DNA of 64,000 bases from Gemmatimonadota bacterium (GTDB taxonomy: Bacteria; JBHIER01; G020348925): the NCBI GenBank assembly GCA_020348925.1, contig CP070758.1, forward strand, positions 4,835,775 through 4,899,774, in the 5' to 3' direction. How positions within the stretch are numbered: position 1 is the first letter of the stretch; each line of letters starts with the position of its first letter. A program made the translations under genes and the position numbers. The notes beneath the pieces were generated by a model. That model did not search any database. It was not told the DNA's origin and was given only the letters and a program-made list of their open reading frames with translations. This document shows positions 11,384 to 21,566 of the stretch, in pieces.

Positions 11384-14010
11384 GAATCGTCTCCTGAATA
11401 CTTTTCCAGCAAATGCTTATAGCGTGGATGATGGCGGAGGGGATCGCTAAGTGGATGAAGCCTGTAAACGTGTATCGAATACCAATTAGGAATCGAAAGC
11501 AGATATTCGATCTGGTCGAGAGCCATATCATACTCTCCAACTTTGAGATAGATGTCAACCAGTCCTATTATGTTGTCTGAGCCACGCAATACATCTTTCG
11601 AGACAGGGCACAATTCAACCGCTCGTCTCCCTTCGCGGATGGCTGCCTCTTTACTCCCTAATCCAGCGTAAGTGAGCCCAAGCGACCGGTGCACACGTGG
11701 ATCTTCCGGTAATTCCTGGACTGCCCGTTCCAGGAAAATCAGGGCTGACTCGTAGGACGAACGAGCCTTCAGTGAGTCCTCCATAAGATCGAAGATCAGT
11801 CCTTCAATGAGAGTCTTCGGTGCATAAGCCTGTTGGAATCTGAATGCCTCGGAAGGGAGAGTGGATACCCAATACAATGCGTCCTGGTAATTTCTCTCAA
11901 AGAGAGCTTGATGGTACCAAATCCAGATAGCCATATATGATTTTATATCTGGAATCTCTTCAAGTACAGCCCGAGACTTATCCAACTCCCCTTTCCAGGC
12001 CCAGTAACACAGTGCCTTGATCAGATACGCCATTTGCTGATCCGGCGCAAGAGAGATGGAGCGATTACACCACGAAACTGCATCGGAATATCTGCGTATA
12101 TCCATGTAAGAAATGGCAAGTTGAGTTATTGTATTGGAGTCCTGAGGATTGAGCTTCACCGCTTGCTTTTGATTTTTTATCGCCTGCTCATATCGGCCCT
12201 GACGGCGCCAGATGTAAGCAATGTCAGCGAAAAGATCAGGGTCATTGGGAAGACTTGTTAAGGCGAGGGAGAATTCTTGGAAGGCACGATCGTAGTCGAG
12301 GTGACCCCAGTAATAATAAAGACCGAGGGCACGATGCGCCTGGGGAAGATCTGGCTGAAGTTTCAGTGCATCGTCTACTGCGGCTTTTGCCCTCGCTAAA
12401 CGTTCTGGTGTACGATCGTAGCCCCAATGGTACATTCTTGAATGAGAGCGGGAGAGATCAGCGAAGGCTAAAGCAAAATTTGGATCGAGTTCAATAGCTC
12501 TCTCAAACATTTGTACCGCCAGTTCCATTTTCTCTTTTAGATAATCCGGATCTCCTAAGTATTCCAGACCACGGAGGTAGGCATGGTAGGCATCGATGTT
12601 TTCGGTAGGTTGGACCTCCAGAGCCTGCCTCTCCGGCTCAAGCAAAGTGATATTCAATTGCTGTATGACCTGGACTGCAATTTCAGACTGAACGCTGAAA
12701 ATGTCCTGAAGGATCCGATCATAACGCTCGGACCAGAGGTGGGTGTCGTCTGACACACGGATGAGCTGTGGAGTCACACGCACTCGACTCTCATCGCCGA
12801 CCCGCTGCCAACGAACGGTTCCCTCCAGAACATAATCGACATTCAACTCTTCTCCGATATTTTTGACAGTTTTATCGGTGTCTTTGTAATGGAATGCGCT
12901 CGTACGGGAGATCACTCCAAGATCATGCAAAGAAGCCAACCGACTCGTAATCTCTTCAGTGATGCCATCAGCAAAATACTCATCTTCAGGTGGACCGAGA
13001 TTTTCGAAAGGAAGAACGACTAACATTTTTCTCTCGGATATAGGTTCCATCTCAGAAGGTGCGAATTGACGAACTATATATACGACAGCAATAGCCGCCA
13101 CGAGAACCAATCCTGCAACCCAACCCAGCCTCCTTACGAATGGTCGAGCAAGAGGTCTATGAGTCTCTGATTTTGAAGGCATAGCTTGCGTAGTAGTCAC
13201 TCTCTGGAAATGGCGGAAATCAGCCACAAGATCTGTAGCCGTCTGGTATCGCTCGGCAGGATCTTTTTCCAGGCATTTGTTCACCATCCTTTCGAGTTCG
13301 AATGGTACGCCAGTCCGCTTTCCCGTCACTGGCTCAAGCTCCTCATTCAGAATCGAGTACATGACCGATTGTTCATACTCTCCCTTGAACGGACACTGGC
13401 CAGTGATCATTTCGTACAGGACAATCCCCAGCGACCAGATATCGGTTCGGTGATCCATCTTCTCCCCTCGTGCCTGCTCCGGTGACATGTAGGCCACTGT
13501 TCCCAAAGTCGTGCCTTCTTTCGTGAGCTTCGTCTTCCCTCTCAACTTGGCAAGTCCAAAGTCCAATATTTTCACTACACCATCACAGGTTACATGAATA
13601 TTCGCAGGCTTTATATCGCGATGGACAATACCTTTCTCGTGAGCTCTGGCCAGACCTTGAGCAATCTGGGAACCTATGTCAATCGCCTCGTCTAACTTGA
13701 TCGGTCCGCGCTCGATTTCTTCCCGAAGAGATTCCCCTTCATAACAGGCCATGACAATGAATGTCTGACCCTCATCGGTTTCGTCAATTTGGTGAATATT
13801 GCAGATGTTATGATGCTCAAGGGCGGATGCAGCTTGAGCTTCTTGAACAAAGCGCTCCTTGGCTTCAGGATCTTTTGTCAATTCAGGAGGAAGAAACTTC
13901 AAGGCCACTATACGTTTGAGCTTCGTATCCTCGGCCTTATACACCACACCCATACCCCCTTCACCGAGTTTCTCTAAAATTTTATAATGAGATATGTTCT
14001 CGCCTATCAT
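11380..14010 (-). CDS. Ser/Thr protein kinase - TM - TolB-N-like domain - TPR repeats (paralogue)
   Basis: Same architecture as 8750-11383; ATGA overlap at 11380-11383. Confidence 0.95.
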   Translation of the reverse strand: MIGENISHYKILEKLGEGGMGVVYKAEDTKLKRIVALKFLPPELTKDPEAKERFVQEAQAASALEHHNICNIHQIDETDEGQTFIVMACYEGESLREEIERGPIKLDEAIDIGSQIAQGLARAHEKGIVHRDIKPANIHVTCDGVVKILDFGLAKLRGKTKLTKEGTTLGTVAYMSPEQARGEKMDHRTDIWSLGIVLYEMITGQCPFKGEYEQSVMYSILNEELEPVTGKRTGVPFELERMVNKCLEKDPAERYQTATDLVADFRHFQRVTTTQAMPSKSETHRPLARPFVRRLGWVAGLVLVAAIAVVYIVRQFAPSEMEPISERKMLVVLPFENLGPPEDEYFADGITEEITSRLASLHDLGVISRTSAFHYKDTDKTVKNIGEELNVDYVLEGTVRWQRVGDESRVRVTPQLIRVSDDTHLWSERYDRILQDIFSVQSEIAVQVIQQLNITLLEPERQALEVQPTENIDAYHAYLRGLEYLGDPDYLKEKMELAVQMFERAIELDPNFALAFADLSRSHSRMYHWGYDRTPERLARAKAAVDDALKLQPDLPQAHRALGLYYYWGHLDYDRAFQEFSLALTSLPNDPDLFADIAYIWRRQGRYEQAIKNQKQAVKLNPQDSNTITQLAISYMDIRRYSDAVSWCNRSISLAPDQQMAYLIKALCYWAWKGELDKSRAVLEEIPDIKSYMAIWIWYHQALFERNYQDALYWVSTLPSEAFRFQQAYAPKTLIEGLIFDLMEDSLKARSSYESALIFLERAVQELPEDPRVHRSLGLTYAGLGSKEAAIREGRRAVELCPVSKDVLRGSDNIIGLVDIYLKVGEYDMALDQIEYLLSIPNWYSIHVYRLHPLSDPLRHHPRYKHLLEKYSGDDS

Positions 14011-14237
14011 CGAATGCTCCTACTGCTGGAGCTAACCTACATGAAAGGTTGACGGACCGCCCTATAACCTTTTTGTATATTTTTTGGAATTTGCATTATC
14101 GTAGATCTCGATATCATTTTTCAAAAAGAGTAGGTTTGAATTTCAAAATTCGGTTCCTGCACAGAGAGTTACCATCCTAATAATATAATATCGAAATCAA
14201 AGCCCGATTGCCAGCACTCCTTTCATTTCACTCCTTG

Positions 14238-14438
14238 CTAAACCTGTATTGGTGGTTCTGCATGGGCCAGATAGATCATAAGTACATCAGTATCCGTGGG
14301 ATTGCTTCCTGTTTCTGATTTAATACTATATATTGCATTTAAGAACTTTCCAAAAAGCTCTTCATTCATTGATCTGAAAGCTACTCCCTTCTCTTTGAGC
14401 ACCCACCAATCTTCTTGTGATAGTTTGGGTTCAGTCAC
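14238..14438 (-). CDS. Small hypothetical protein (66 aa, MTEPKLSQEDWW...)
   Basis: GTG at 14438 preceded by AAGGAGGTGA Shine-Dalgarno; same strand as the kinases. Confidence 0.55.
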   Translation of the reverse strand: MTEPKLSQEDWWVLKEKGVAFRSMNEELFGKFLNAIYSIKSETGSNPTDTDVLMIYLAHAEPPIQV

Positions 14439-14508
14439 GGAGATCACCTCCTTTCTGGCTACTCTTCCTAAACAATACCCTCTAAGCAGGAACCGAATTG
14501 ATCGATTT

Positions 14509-17349
14509 TCATGATGTCTCCAGTTTTTTCCTGGCATCTTTCAACTGTGCAATATCCTCATCGGCATCTTTCCAGATCTCTATAAATTTCTGAAAGTGTC
14601 TTCTTGCTTCTTCATTTTTTCGTTTTTTCTCGTAGACCCGGCCAAGCAGATAATAAGCTTGCGCATAACTTGGATTGATATTGAAGACGTCGCGGAGTGT
14701 CTCTTCAGCTTTGTTCAGCTCTCCAATCTTTAAATAAGCTTCCCCCAATGCGCACATGAAAAAGGTTCGGTCCAGAGTGTTTATGTTTGACGCCCTTTTG
14801 AAATTCTCCACTGCTTGCTTGTGTAAACCTCTGCCGAGGAATAATTCACCTGAAAGTTGGTAATAATATGTTTTTGGATCTTCAGTTTTCGTTTTTTCTA
14901 TGAGCTCTTTAATAACCATAACTTCAGATTCAGCCTTCTCAAATTCTTTATTCTTGACTAAAATCAGTCCCTGAACCCAATGAGCCTCTATTAACGTGGA
15001 ATCAAGTTCAAGCGCATGTCGACAGTCCAGAATAGCTTGTGGATATTCACACTTTAAATAATATTGCTTTCCCATATGAAAGTGAGCGTCTGCCTTATCG
15101 GTCTTGCTGAGTGAAAGATCAAGAGATTTCTTAAAAAAACTGAGTGCTTGGTTATACATGCCCTTTGCCAGATATGCCTCGCCAAGGAGTTTAGAAGTCA
15201 GAGGATTTTCAGGATTTATTTCTAAAGATCTTTGAAAGTTTACTATAGCTTCATCATAATTACCAGTTATTAGATAGAAGTCACCCAGGACGATCAAGGG
15301 ATAAAACTGATGTGGCAATCGACCGACATATTCTCTAAATGCCGCGTGAGCTTTTGTCACTTCTCCCTTCCTCATATATGCATAACCCAGATACAAATAA
15401 ATATTATAGAGCTTTCTCTCTTTTTCCATCGATGTGAGGTTGGAATAGTGAAGGGCACCCTTTCGGTCAAGTTCCAACACTTTTTCAAACTCTGAAATAC
15501 CCTCCTCATGCATCAATTTTTTCTGATAGTAAATTATGCCGAGGTCGATGTGCGCAACGATGTCTTCCGGATTCATGCGTATTAGTTTTTTATAATACTG
15601 AATTGCCAGGTCCCAATCGTGATTTATAAAGGCCTCCAGGGCGAGAATCTCAATCAGTTTTCGCTCAGCACATTTGCCGGAAAGTGACTTGAGTTTTTCA
15701 ATCGTTTCCAATGCTTTTTCGCGCTCCTTAATGGAATAATAATGCCTTGCCAGGGCGTCATATGCTTCAATAAAAGTGGAGTCCAAAGCAACAGCCTTTT
15801 CTAAGTTATCAATGGCTTCCTGATGATTCATCCTGATTGCCGCTTCTCGTCCCGCGAAGTAGTATTCATATGCTTCCAAAGAAGTTGTCATATGTTTCGT
15901 TATATCCATTTTTTCTTTCTGAATTTCCTTAAGGGGAATTTCCATCCCACTTTTAATCTTGTCCGTAAGATCGTCGACCAAATGTCCTAAAATGCTGCCT
16001 TCACCCTTACCTGTAACTCTGAATGCTCTTACCTGGCTCTTTGTTTCAACATCGAGTACCTGCGCATTCACCACGAAGGTATTGCCGCTTTTTGAAAGAC
16101 CTCCAAGAACCATGAAACGAGCACCAGCCAGTCCGCACAGTTCAGCTCCCATGGAAGCATCAATGATTGTGGCATCTTCATAACCAAGAGATTTCATAAG
16201 ATCAAACATTGATTCGAAAGTCATGGCTTGCATAAACCTGGACTGATTAAGATCAGTAATCAGCATATCTGCTAAAACCTTACGAAGGTAATCATATTTG
16301 TTTTCGCCAGTTTGATTTTCGAAAAACATCACCCCTATTGGAATCTTCACGATTGTTTTTCGTTCATTAAAAATCCAGATCTTTGTAATAATAACAAAAA
16401 AGATTGCCAGCAGGATCACTGGGACAATGCCCCACAAAACTTTTCTTATTCGTTTCCTTTCCCCAAATTGATAATCTCTTTTTGGGGAAGGACCACTTTC
16501 AAAATCTTGTTTAACTCTCTTCAAATCTATTAGTAACTCATTCATGCTTTGATATCGGTTGTCAGGAATTTTTGCGAGAGTCTTTTGTATGATTTCAACG
16601 AGAGCTTTTGGCACATCCGGTCGAATGTTAGAAACAGGTTCCGGATTTTCATTCAAGATGGAATATACTATTGCGGCCTCGTAATCCCCCTGAAAGGGAT
16701 GTCTCCCTGTGAGAAGTTCGTAGAGTACAATACCGAAGGAGAAAATATCGCTTCTGTGGTCCAACTTTTTGCTCGAAACCTGTTCCGGTGAAGAATAAGC
16801 CAGAGTTCCACTTGTAGTCCCTGCTTTTGTGATTCTTGCCCGACTCTTAAGCTTGGCCAGACCGAAGTCCATTATTTTTACCTGACCCTTAGCTGTCTCC
16901 ATAATATTGGCAGGTTTGATATCTCGATGGATTATTGCCATGTCATGTGCTTCTTTAAGCCCCTCAGAAACCTGGATAGCAATCTGGAGAGCGTCTTCAA
17001 GTGTTAAAGGGCCGCGTTGGATCTTTTTCTCCAAAGTCTCCCCGTCGTAATAAGCCATGACGATGAATATTTGTCCATTCTCAGGTTCCCCGGGAGCAGG
17101 CTTCGTCTCATCAATTTCGTAAATATTACAAATATTGGTATGCTCAATCGCTGATGACGTCTGAGCTTCTTGGATAAAGCGTTCCTTGGCCTGAAGGTCG
17201 TTGGTCAACTCCGGTGATAAAAACTTTAGGGCTACGATACGCTTGAGCTTCGTATCCTCGGCCTTATACACAACACCCATGCCACCTTCACCGAGTTTTT
17301 CAAGAATCTTATAGTGGCCAATCGCTTTGCCGATTAGATTATTCATCAT
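14509..17349 (-). CDS. Ser/Thr protein kinase - TM - FlgO/CsgG/TolB-N-like domain - long TPR array
   Basis: Kinase motifs [13 protein letters not shown] 'VLWGIVPVILLAIFFVII'; 'IGVMFFENQTG...LADMLITDL'; many TPRs. Confidence 0.93.
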   Translation of the reverse strand: MMNNLIGKAIGHYKILEKLGEGGMGVVYKAEDTKLKRIVALKFLSPELTNDLQAKERFIQEAQTSSAIEHTNICNIYEIDETKPAPGEPENGQIFIVMAYYDGETLEKKIQRGPLTLEDALQIAIQVSEGLKEAHDMAIIHRDIKPANIMETAKGQVKIMDFGLAKLKSRARITKAGTTSGTLAYSSPEQVSSKKLDHRSDIFSFGIVLYELLTGRHPFQGDYEAAIVYSILNENPEPVSNIRPDVPKALVEIIQKTLAKIPDNRYQSMNELLIDLKRVKQDFESGPSPKRDYQFGERKRIRKVLWGIVPVILLAIFFVIITKIWIFNERKTIVKIPIGVMFFENQTGENKYDYLRKVLADMLITDLNQSRFMQAMTFESMFDLMKSLGYEDATIIDASMGAELCGLAGARFMVLGGLSKSGNTFVVNAQVLDVETKSQVRAFRVTGKGEGSILGHLVDDLTDKIKSGMEIPLKEIQKEKMDITKHMTTSLEAYEYYFAGREAAIRMNHQEAIDNLEKAVALDSTFIEAYDALARHYYSIKEREKALETIEKLKSLSGKCAERKLIEILALEAFINHDWDLAIQYYKKLIRMNPEDIVAHIDLGIIYYQKKLMHEEGISEFEKVLELDRKGALHYSNLTSMEKERKLYNIYLYLGYAYMRKGEVTKAHAAFREYVGRLPHQFYPLIVLGDFYLITGNYDEAIVNFQRSLEINPENPLTSKLLGEAYLAKGMYNQALSFFKKSLDLSLSKTDKADAHFHMGKQYYLKCEYPQAILDCRHALELDSTLIEAHWVQGLILVKNKEFEKAESEVMVIKELIEKTKTEDPKTYYYQLSGELFLGRGLHKQAVENFKRASNINTLDRTFFMCALGEAYLKIGELNKAEETLRDVFNINPSYAQAYYLLGRVYEKKRKNEEARRHFQKFIEIWKDADEDIAQLKDARKKLETS

Positions 17350-17360
17350 TCTCTGTTTTG

Positions 17361-17393
17361 ACCTTAACCAAACCTTCAGGGTTTAGTTAAGGT
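17361..17393. repeat. Imperfect palindrome (REP-like/terminator-like hairpin) between the ABM gene and the first kinase
   Basis: ACCTTAAC-CAAACCTTCAGGGTTTA-GTTAAGGT. Confidence 0.5.
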
Positions 17394-17413
17394 TTTACAT
17401 ACTAAATCCATTT

Positions 17414-18172
17414 TTACTGGAAGCTTCTGCCCGTCAACATATTATAGGTTTTCACTGCAGGATCCTCACTTGTTACAACACGACTGCTATATTCCATCTC
17501 CAGGGCAGCCCTCCACTGATACACGTCCGCAAAAGTATGTTCAACCTTCTTCATCAGCTTTGCAAATATCATACTATTTTCATATTCATCAACATCCTCT
17601 TTACTGTCCCAAATGGTTACCGAAATAGCTTCGCTCTCCTCCTCAATATTTTCCGTTAAAAAGGCATACCGACAACCCTTCACACCGCGTAGCGTCGGTA
17701 TAATCTCTTCGATATAAAGTTTGCTGAACTCCTCCATCTTCCCTGGTTTCACTTTTATCGATAAGATTCTCAGATGCATCTTTGATGTTTTCTCATGATC
17801 GGGTATCTTCCCATCTGTATGGGCGATGGTAGGATAGGATTTTACCACAGGTTCTTCTGGAATGGGTTTATACTCCAATTCCAAATTCTTCGACAATTGA
17901 ATTTTCCACTCTGAAGAATCGGACAAATACGGCTTCGCTTTTCCCAGAAGTTCTTGGAATACGCCGCTTTTTTCGTAGTCTTCCGCGTGTTCTTTCGAAT
18001 CCCATAACGTCAATGAAACGCCTTCATTTCTTATGACTTCACTTTTTATTAGACAGGCGCACAGACAGCCCGGTACAGTTTGAAGTCGAGGGATAATGCT
18101 CTCATCGTAGACCTGTCGAAGTTTTGACAACGAATCGGGTTTATATTTTGCCTGAACAAGCCGCATATACAT
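17414..18172 (-). CDS. Tandem ABM (antibiotic biosynthesis monooxygenase-like) domain protein
   Basis: Two internal repeats 'Y...IIP.L..V.GC..A.L....E..S.T.WDSKE..E.YE.S..F'. Confidence 0.8.
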   Translation of the reverse strand: MYMRLVQAKYKPDSLSKLRQVYDESIIPRLQTVPGCLCACLIKSEVIRNEGVSLTLWDSKEHAEDYEKSGVFQELLGKAKPYLSDSSEWKIQLSKNLELEYKPIPEEPVVKSYPTIAHTDGKIPDHEKTSKMHLRILSIKVKPGKMEEFSKLYIEEIIPTLRGVKGCRYAFLTENIEEESEAISVTIWDSKEDVDEYENSMIFAKLMKKVEHTFADVYQWRAALEMEYSSRVVTSEDPAVKTYNMLTGRSFQ

Positions 18173-18198
18173 TTTCTTTTTCTTTCATTAAAATTATC

Positions 18199-18454
18199 TT
18201 AGGCTTTTTGGTTTTCAGCATCCAAATCCCATTCGAGAGGATTTTCGACAATATATTCTCTGATCTCTTCTAATTCATTCTCGCCTCTAATAATATGTTC
18301 AAAATAGTTTCGTTGCCATTTAAAATACTCATATCCATTAGTTCTGCACCAACGTGTGACAGAAACCTTGTATGATCGAATAATCGAGCCAATGGATTTG
18401 GGTATCGTTTTTGACATTTATGTTTTTGTAGAGGTTCAATATATTGACCCTCTA
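18199..18454 (-). pseudogene. REP-associated tyrosine transposase (RAYT, IS200-like) C-terminal fragment, frameshifted, truncated by gap
   Basis: 'SIGSIIRSYK...WQRNYFEHIIR..ELEEIREYIVENPLEW'; upstream 'EGQYIEPLQKHKCQK' is in a different frame across an A5 run near 18410. Confidence 0.8.
18428..18454. repeat. GTAG-type REP palindrome within the RAYT fragment
   Basis: GTAGAGGTTCAATATATTGACCCTCTA: imperfect palindrome with 5' GTAG. Confidence 0.65.
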
Positions 18455-18554
18455 NNNNNNNNNNNNNNNNNNNNNNNNNNNNNNNNNNNNNNNNNNNNNN
18501 NNNNNNNNNNNNNNNNNNNNNNNNNNNNNNNNNNNNNNNNNNNNNNNNNNNNNN
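18455..18554. other. Assembly gap / contig spacer (100 N)
   Basis: Run of 100 n. Confidence 0.99.
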
Positions 18555-18695
18555 GACGTCAACAACGACGGCAGCATCAATATTCTGGATGTGCTGGCCA
18601 CCATAAACCACATTCTGGGGACGGTTCCGTTGAGCGGCGACGGACTCATGTGGGCCGACTGCAATGGTGACGTTGAGATCGATATTTTGGATGCA
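18555..18695 (+). repeat. 141-bp direct repeat, copy 1 (identical to 21326-21466)
   Basis: Read base by base: GACGTCAACAAC...TTTTGGATGCA occurs at both ends of the contig. Confidence 0.95.
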
Positions 18696-18743
18696 TTGGG
18701 CATTGTGAATGTCGTTTTGGGGATCGGGGATTGTGGGCCGTGA
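18555..18743 (+). CDS. C-terminal dockerin of a protein truncated by the gap (no CTD)
   Basis: DVNNDGSINILDVLATINHILG...ADCNGDVEIDILDALGIVNVVLGIGDCGP*: duplicated EF-hand-like dockerin repeats. Confidence 0.85.
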   Translation, partial: DVNNDGSINILDVLATINHILGTVPLSGDGLMWADCNGDVEIDILDALGIVNVVLGIGDCGP

Positions 18744-18841
18744 GTTCCGGAAATTCAATCGGAGAAACACAGATCCTGAACAAGTGAATATTCAATAATA
18801 TTTCTTTGTGTTGACATACTAACGAAACGGCGAGGAGAGAT

Positions 18842-21466
18842 ATGGCTATGTGTTCGAAATGGTTTTTCGTCTGGGTGGGTATTGTCCATGTCAGTTTCGC
18901 GGGAACAATCTGTGCTACGACATACACCGTCACGAACACCAATGATTCCGGAGACGGTTCCCTCAGCTGGGCTATCGATCAGGCCAATACGAATCCAGGC
19001 AAGGACATCATCAATTTCAACATTCCTGGTACCGGTCCGCACAGGATTCAACCGATCACAGGGCTTCCTGCTGTCTCAGATCCTGTGACCATCGATGGTT
19101 ACACGCAACCAGGATCCAGTCCAAACACCAATCCCGTCGGCCAAGGATTGAATACCGTCCTGAAGATAATACTGGACGGAAGCAGTTCGGACGGAGGCAT
19201 TGGCCTGGACATCACCGCAGGGAGTTGCACAGTTCGAGGGCTTGTGATTCAAAACTTCGGCATTTACGGAATTGATTTATGGGCGAGCGGTAGTAATATC
19301 ATTCGAGGGAACTTCATCGGCACCAACTCTTCGGGGACCGCTTCCGGAGGGAATTTCCACGGTATCATGGTAGAACCCTCATCCTCGAACAATATCATTG
19401 GAGGAACGACGGCTGACGCCCGGAACCTCATATCGGGAAATATTGATAACGGTATCGTGCTCTATGGCTCGACAGGCAATGTGGTGCAAGGAAACTTGAT
19501 CGGTACGGATAGAACCGGGATGAACGACTTGGGTAATTCCGGGCCCGGTTTGATGATCGATGCAGGGAACAGCATTGGCGGAAAGTCCAATGGTGCGGGA
19601 AATACCATAGCCTTCAACTACATAGGAGTGTCAGTATTTGAATCTGGAAATACTATTTTGTCGAACTCGATCTCTTCCAATGATGCACTGGGGATCGACT
19701 TAATCCCCGAAGGCGTGACACCTAATGATGTCTGGGACGGTGATGCAGGTGCGAACGATTTGCAGAATTACCCCGTGTTGAATTGGGCGACGCCCCATCA
19801 GGTCCAGGGAACGATCAACAGTACCCCGAATACCGAGTTTGGCCTTGAGTTTTTCTCCAACAACGAATGCGATCCTTCCGGCTACGGTGAGGGGGAGACA
19901 TATCTGGGGGATCTGGTTGTCCAGACCGACGGCGATGGCAATGCCTCCTTTGGCTTCCCCTTTCCCTTTTCAATAGCTGGCGGGCAATTCATCACGGCCA
20001 CGGCCACGGATCCTTCGGGCAACACGTCCGAGTTCTCCCAGTGTATCGAGGTCCAGATACTGTGCGCCCTTGAGACCACCTCCCCCAACGGGGGTGAGAT
20101 CTGGGTAGCAGGAGAGACGGAGGCCGTTACCTGGAATTCCGAAAACACCAGCGGAACGGTCATCATCGAGTACTCGACCGATGGAGGCTATGTTTGGCAA
20201 TTGGTTACGGGGGGCACCGAGGACGACGGATGGTATGACTGGGCAGTTCCCGCCACGCCCTCGGACAACTGTAAAATCATCGTCTGCGACGTCCGGGACT
20301 CCACCTGCTGCGATCGAAGCGATGGGTTCTTCACCATTCATGCCGAGTGCGACTTTGCTATCACACATATCGCAGTTTCAAATCCGGTTTCGGTGGATTA
20401 TGCATCTCCCGTACGAGTAGCGATCACCAATCTCAGCTTCATGGATATCTCCACGGGGGATGCGTACATCGATATCCTGGATCAGTGGGGGGAGAGTATC
20501 TTTTTCGAAGGTCCTGTTCGCATGGACAGACTCGATCCCGATCCATTTTTCCTCTTTCCCGAGGGGGATACACTCTACTTTTATCAATACAACTGGGTAC
20601 CGACCGAGGCAGGGAATTTTTACATGACAGTCTCACTTGAATTCATGTGCGATACCACATCATACAACGACACGCTGGACATCGGTCCGGTGACGGTCAG
20701 CGAATCGGGCACAGGGTTCATTGGATATTTCGATCCGTACAGTGCCGAGGTGGACACGGTACCGCCACAGCCCGATGCCGGCCCTGCGGTGAGATTTTCA
20801 ATTCCGGACAATATGTCTGATGCTAACCTGCAGAATATCGTGCTGGGTGTTTCCTGGGGGTCACATGCTCGTGGCGGGGGAGGAGATTTGCGGCATCAGC
20901 TTCAAGTAGGATCGACCTCACTCTTCACAGTGTATCTTTACGGGGTAGGGGAGAACGACAGCAGCTTTGGTGCGGAATTGATCGAACCCTTTGAAGTTAC
21001 GCAGGATAATGTGGATGAAGACGGCCGGATCGTGATCGATCTGACGGGTCGGCCGGAGTATGGAAATCTGATGGGACTGCATGGAGACTTCTGGGTGCAC
21101 ATCAGAGCCACCGAAGAGACGGAGGTGGGCTTTCTGGTCCGCCCTCTTCTTCCGGATACGGCGTTTCATCGCAACTGGATGTACTATGCCGAGGGCGGCT
21201 CTCGGAGTCGCGGTGGAGCCATAGAGGGTCATGCCGGTGAGCCTGAGATAGTGCGCGTGACCAAGGGTTGGGAGGAGAACATCGGGATCACCTTCAGTCC
21301 TTCCTGGTTGGAGGGGGTTCGTGGGGACGTCAACAACGACGGCAGCATCAATATTCTGGATGTGCTGGCCACCATAAACCACATTCTGGGGACGGTTCCG
21401 TTGAGCGGCGACGGACTCATGTGGGCCGACTGCAATGGTGACGTTGAGATCGATATTTTGGATGCA
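18842..21466 (+). CDS. Secreted protein: right-handed beta-helix region, Ig-like domains, C-terminal dockerin (3' truncated by gap)
   Basis: Signal peptide; 'TYTVTNTNDSGDGSLSWAI', repeated 'N.I.GN.IGT', 'GANDLQNYPVL', 'TSPNGGEIW'; 'RGDVNNDGSINILD' dockerin. Confidence 0.85.
21326..21466 (+). repeat. 141-bp direct repeat, copy 2
   Basis: Identical to 18555-18695. Confidence 0.95.
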
Positions 21467-21566
21467 NNNNNNNNNNNNNNNNNNNNNNNNNNNNNNNNNN
21501 NNNNNNNNNNNNNNNNNNNNNNNNNNNNNNNNNNNNNNNNNNNNNNNNNNNNNNNNNNNNNNNNNN
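21467..21566. other. Assembly gap / contig spacer (100 N)
   Basis: Run of 100 n. Confidence 0.99.

Noticed and set aside
8581-11406. Diversity-generating retroelement TR/VR pair
   Set aside because: Mismatches are not adenine-specific, they lie in kinase N-termini, and no reverse transcriptase is in the window; the 141-bp dockerin repeat has no mismatches
18811-18840. Sigma70 promoter at TTGACA
   Set aside because: No -10 element at proper spacing; that position is occupied by the RBS
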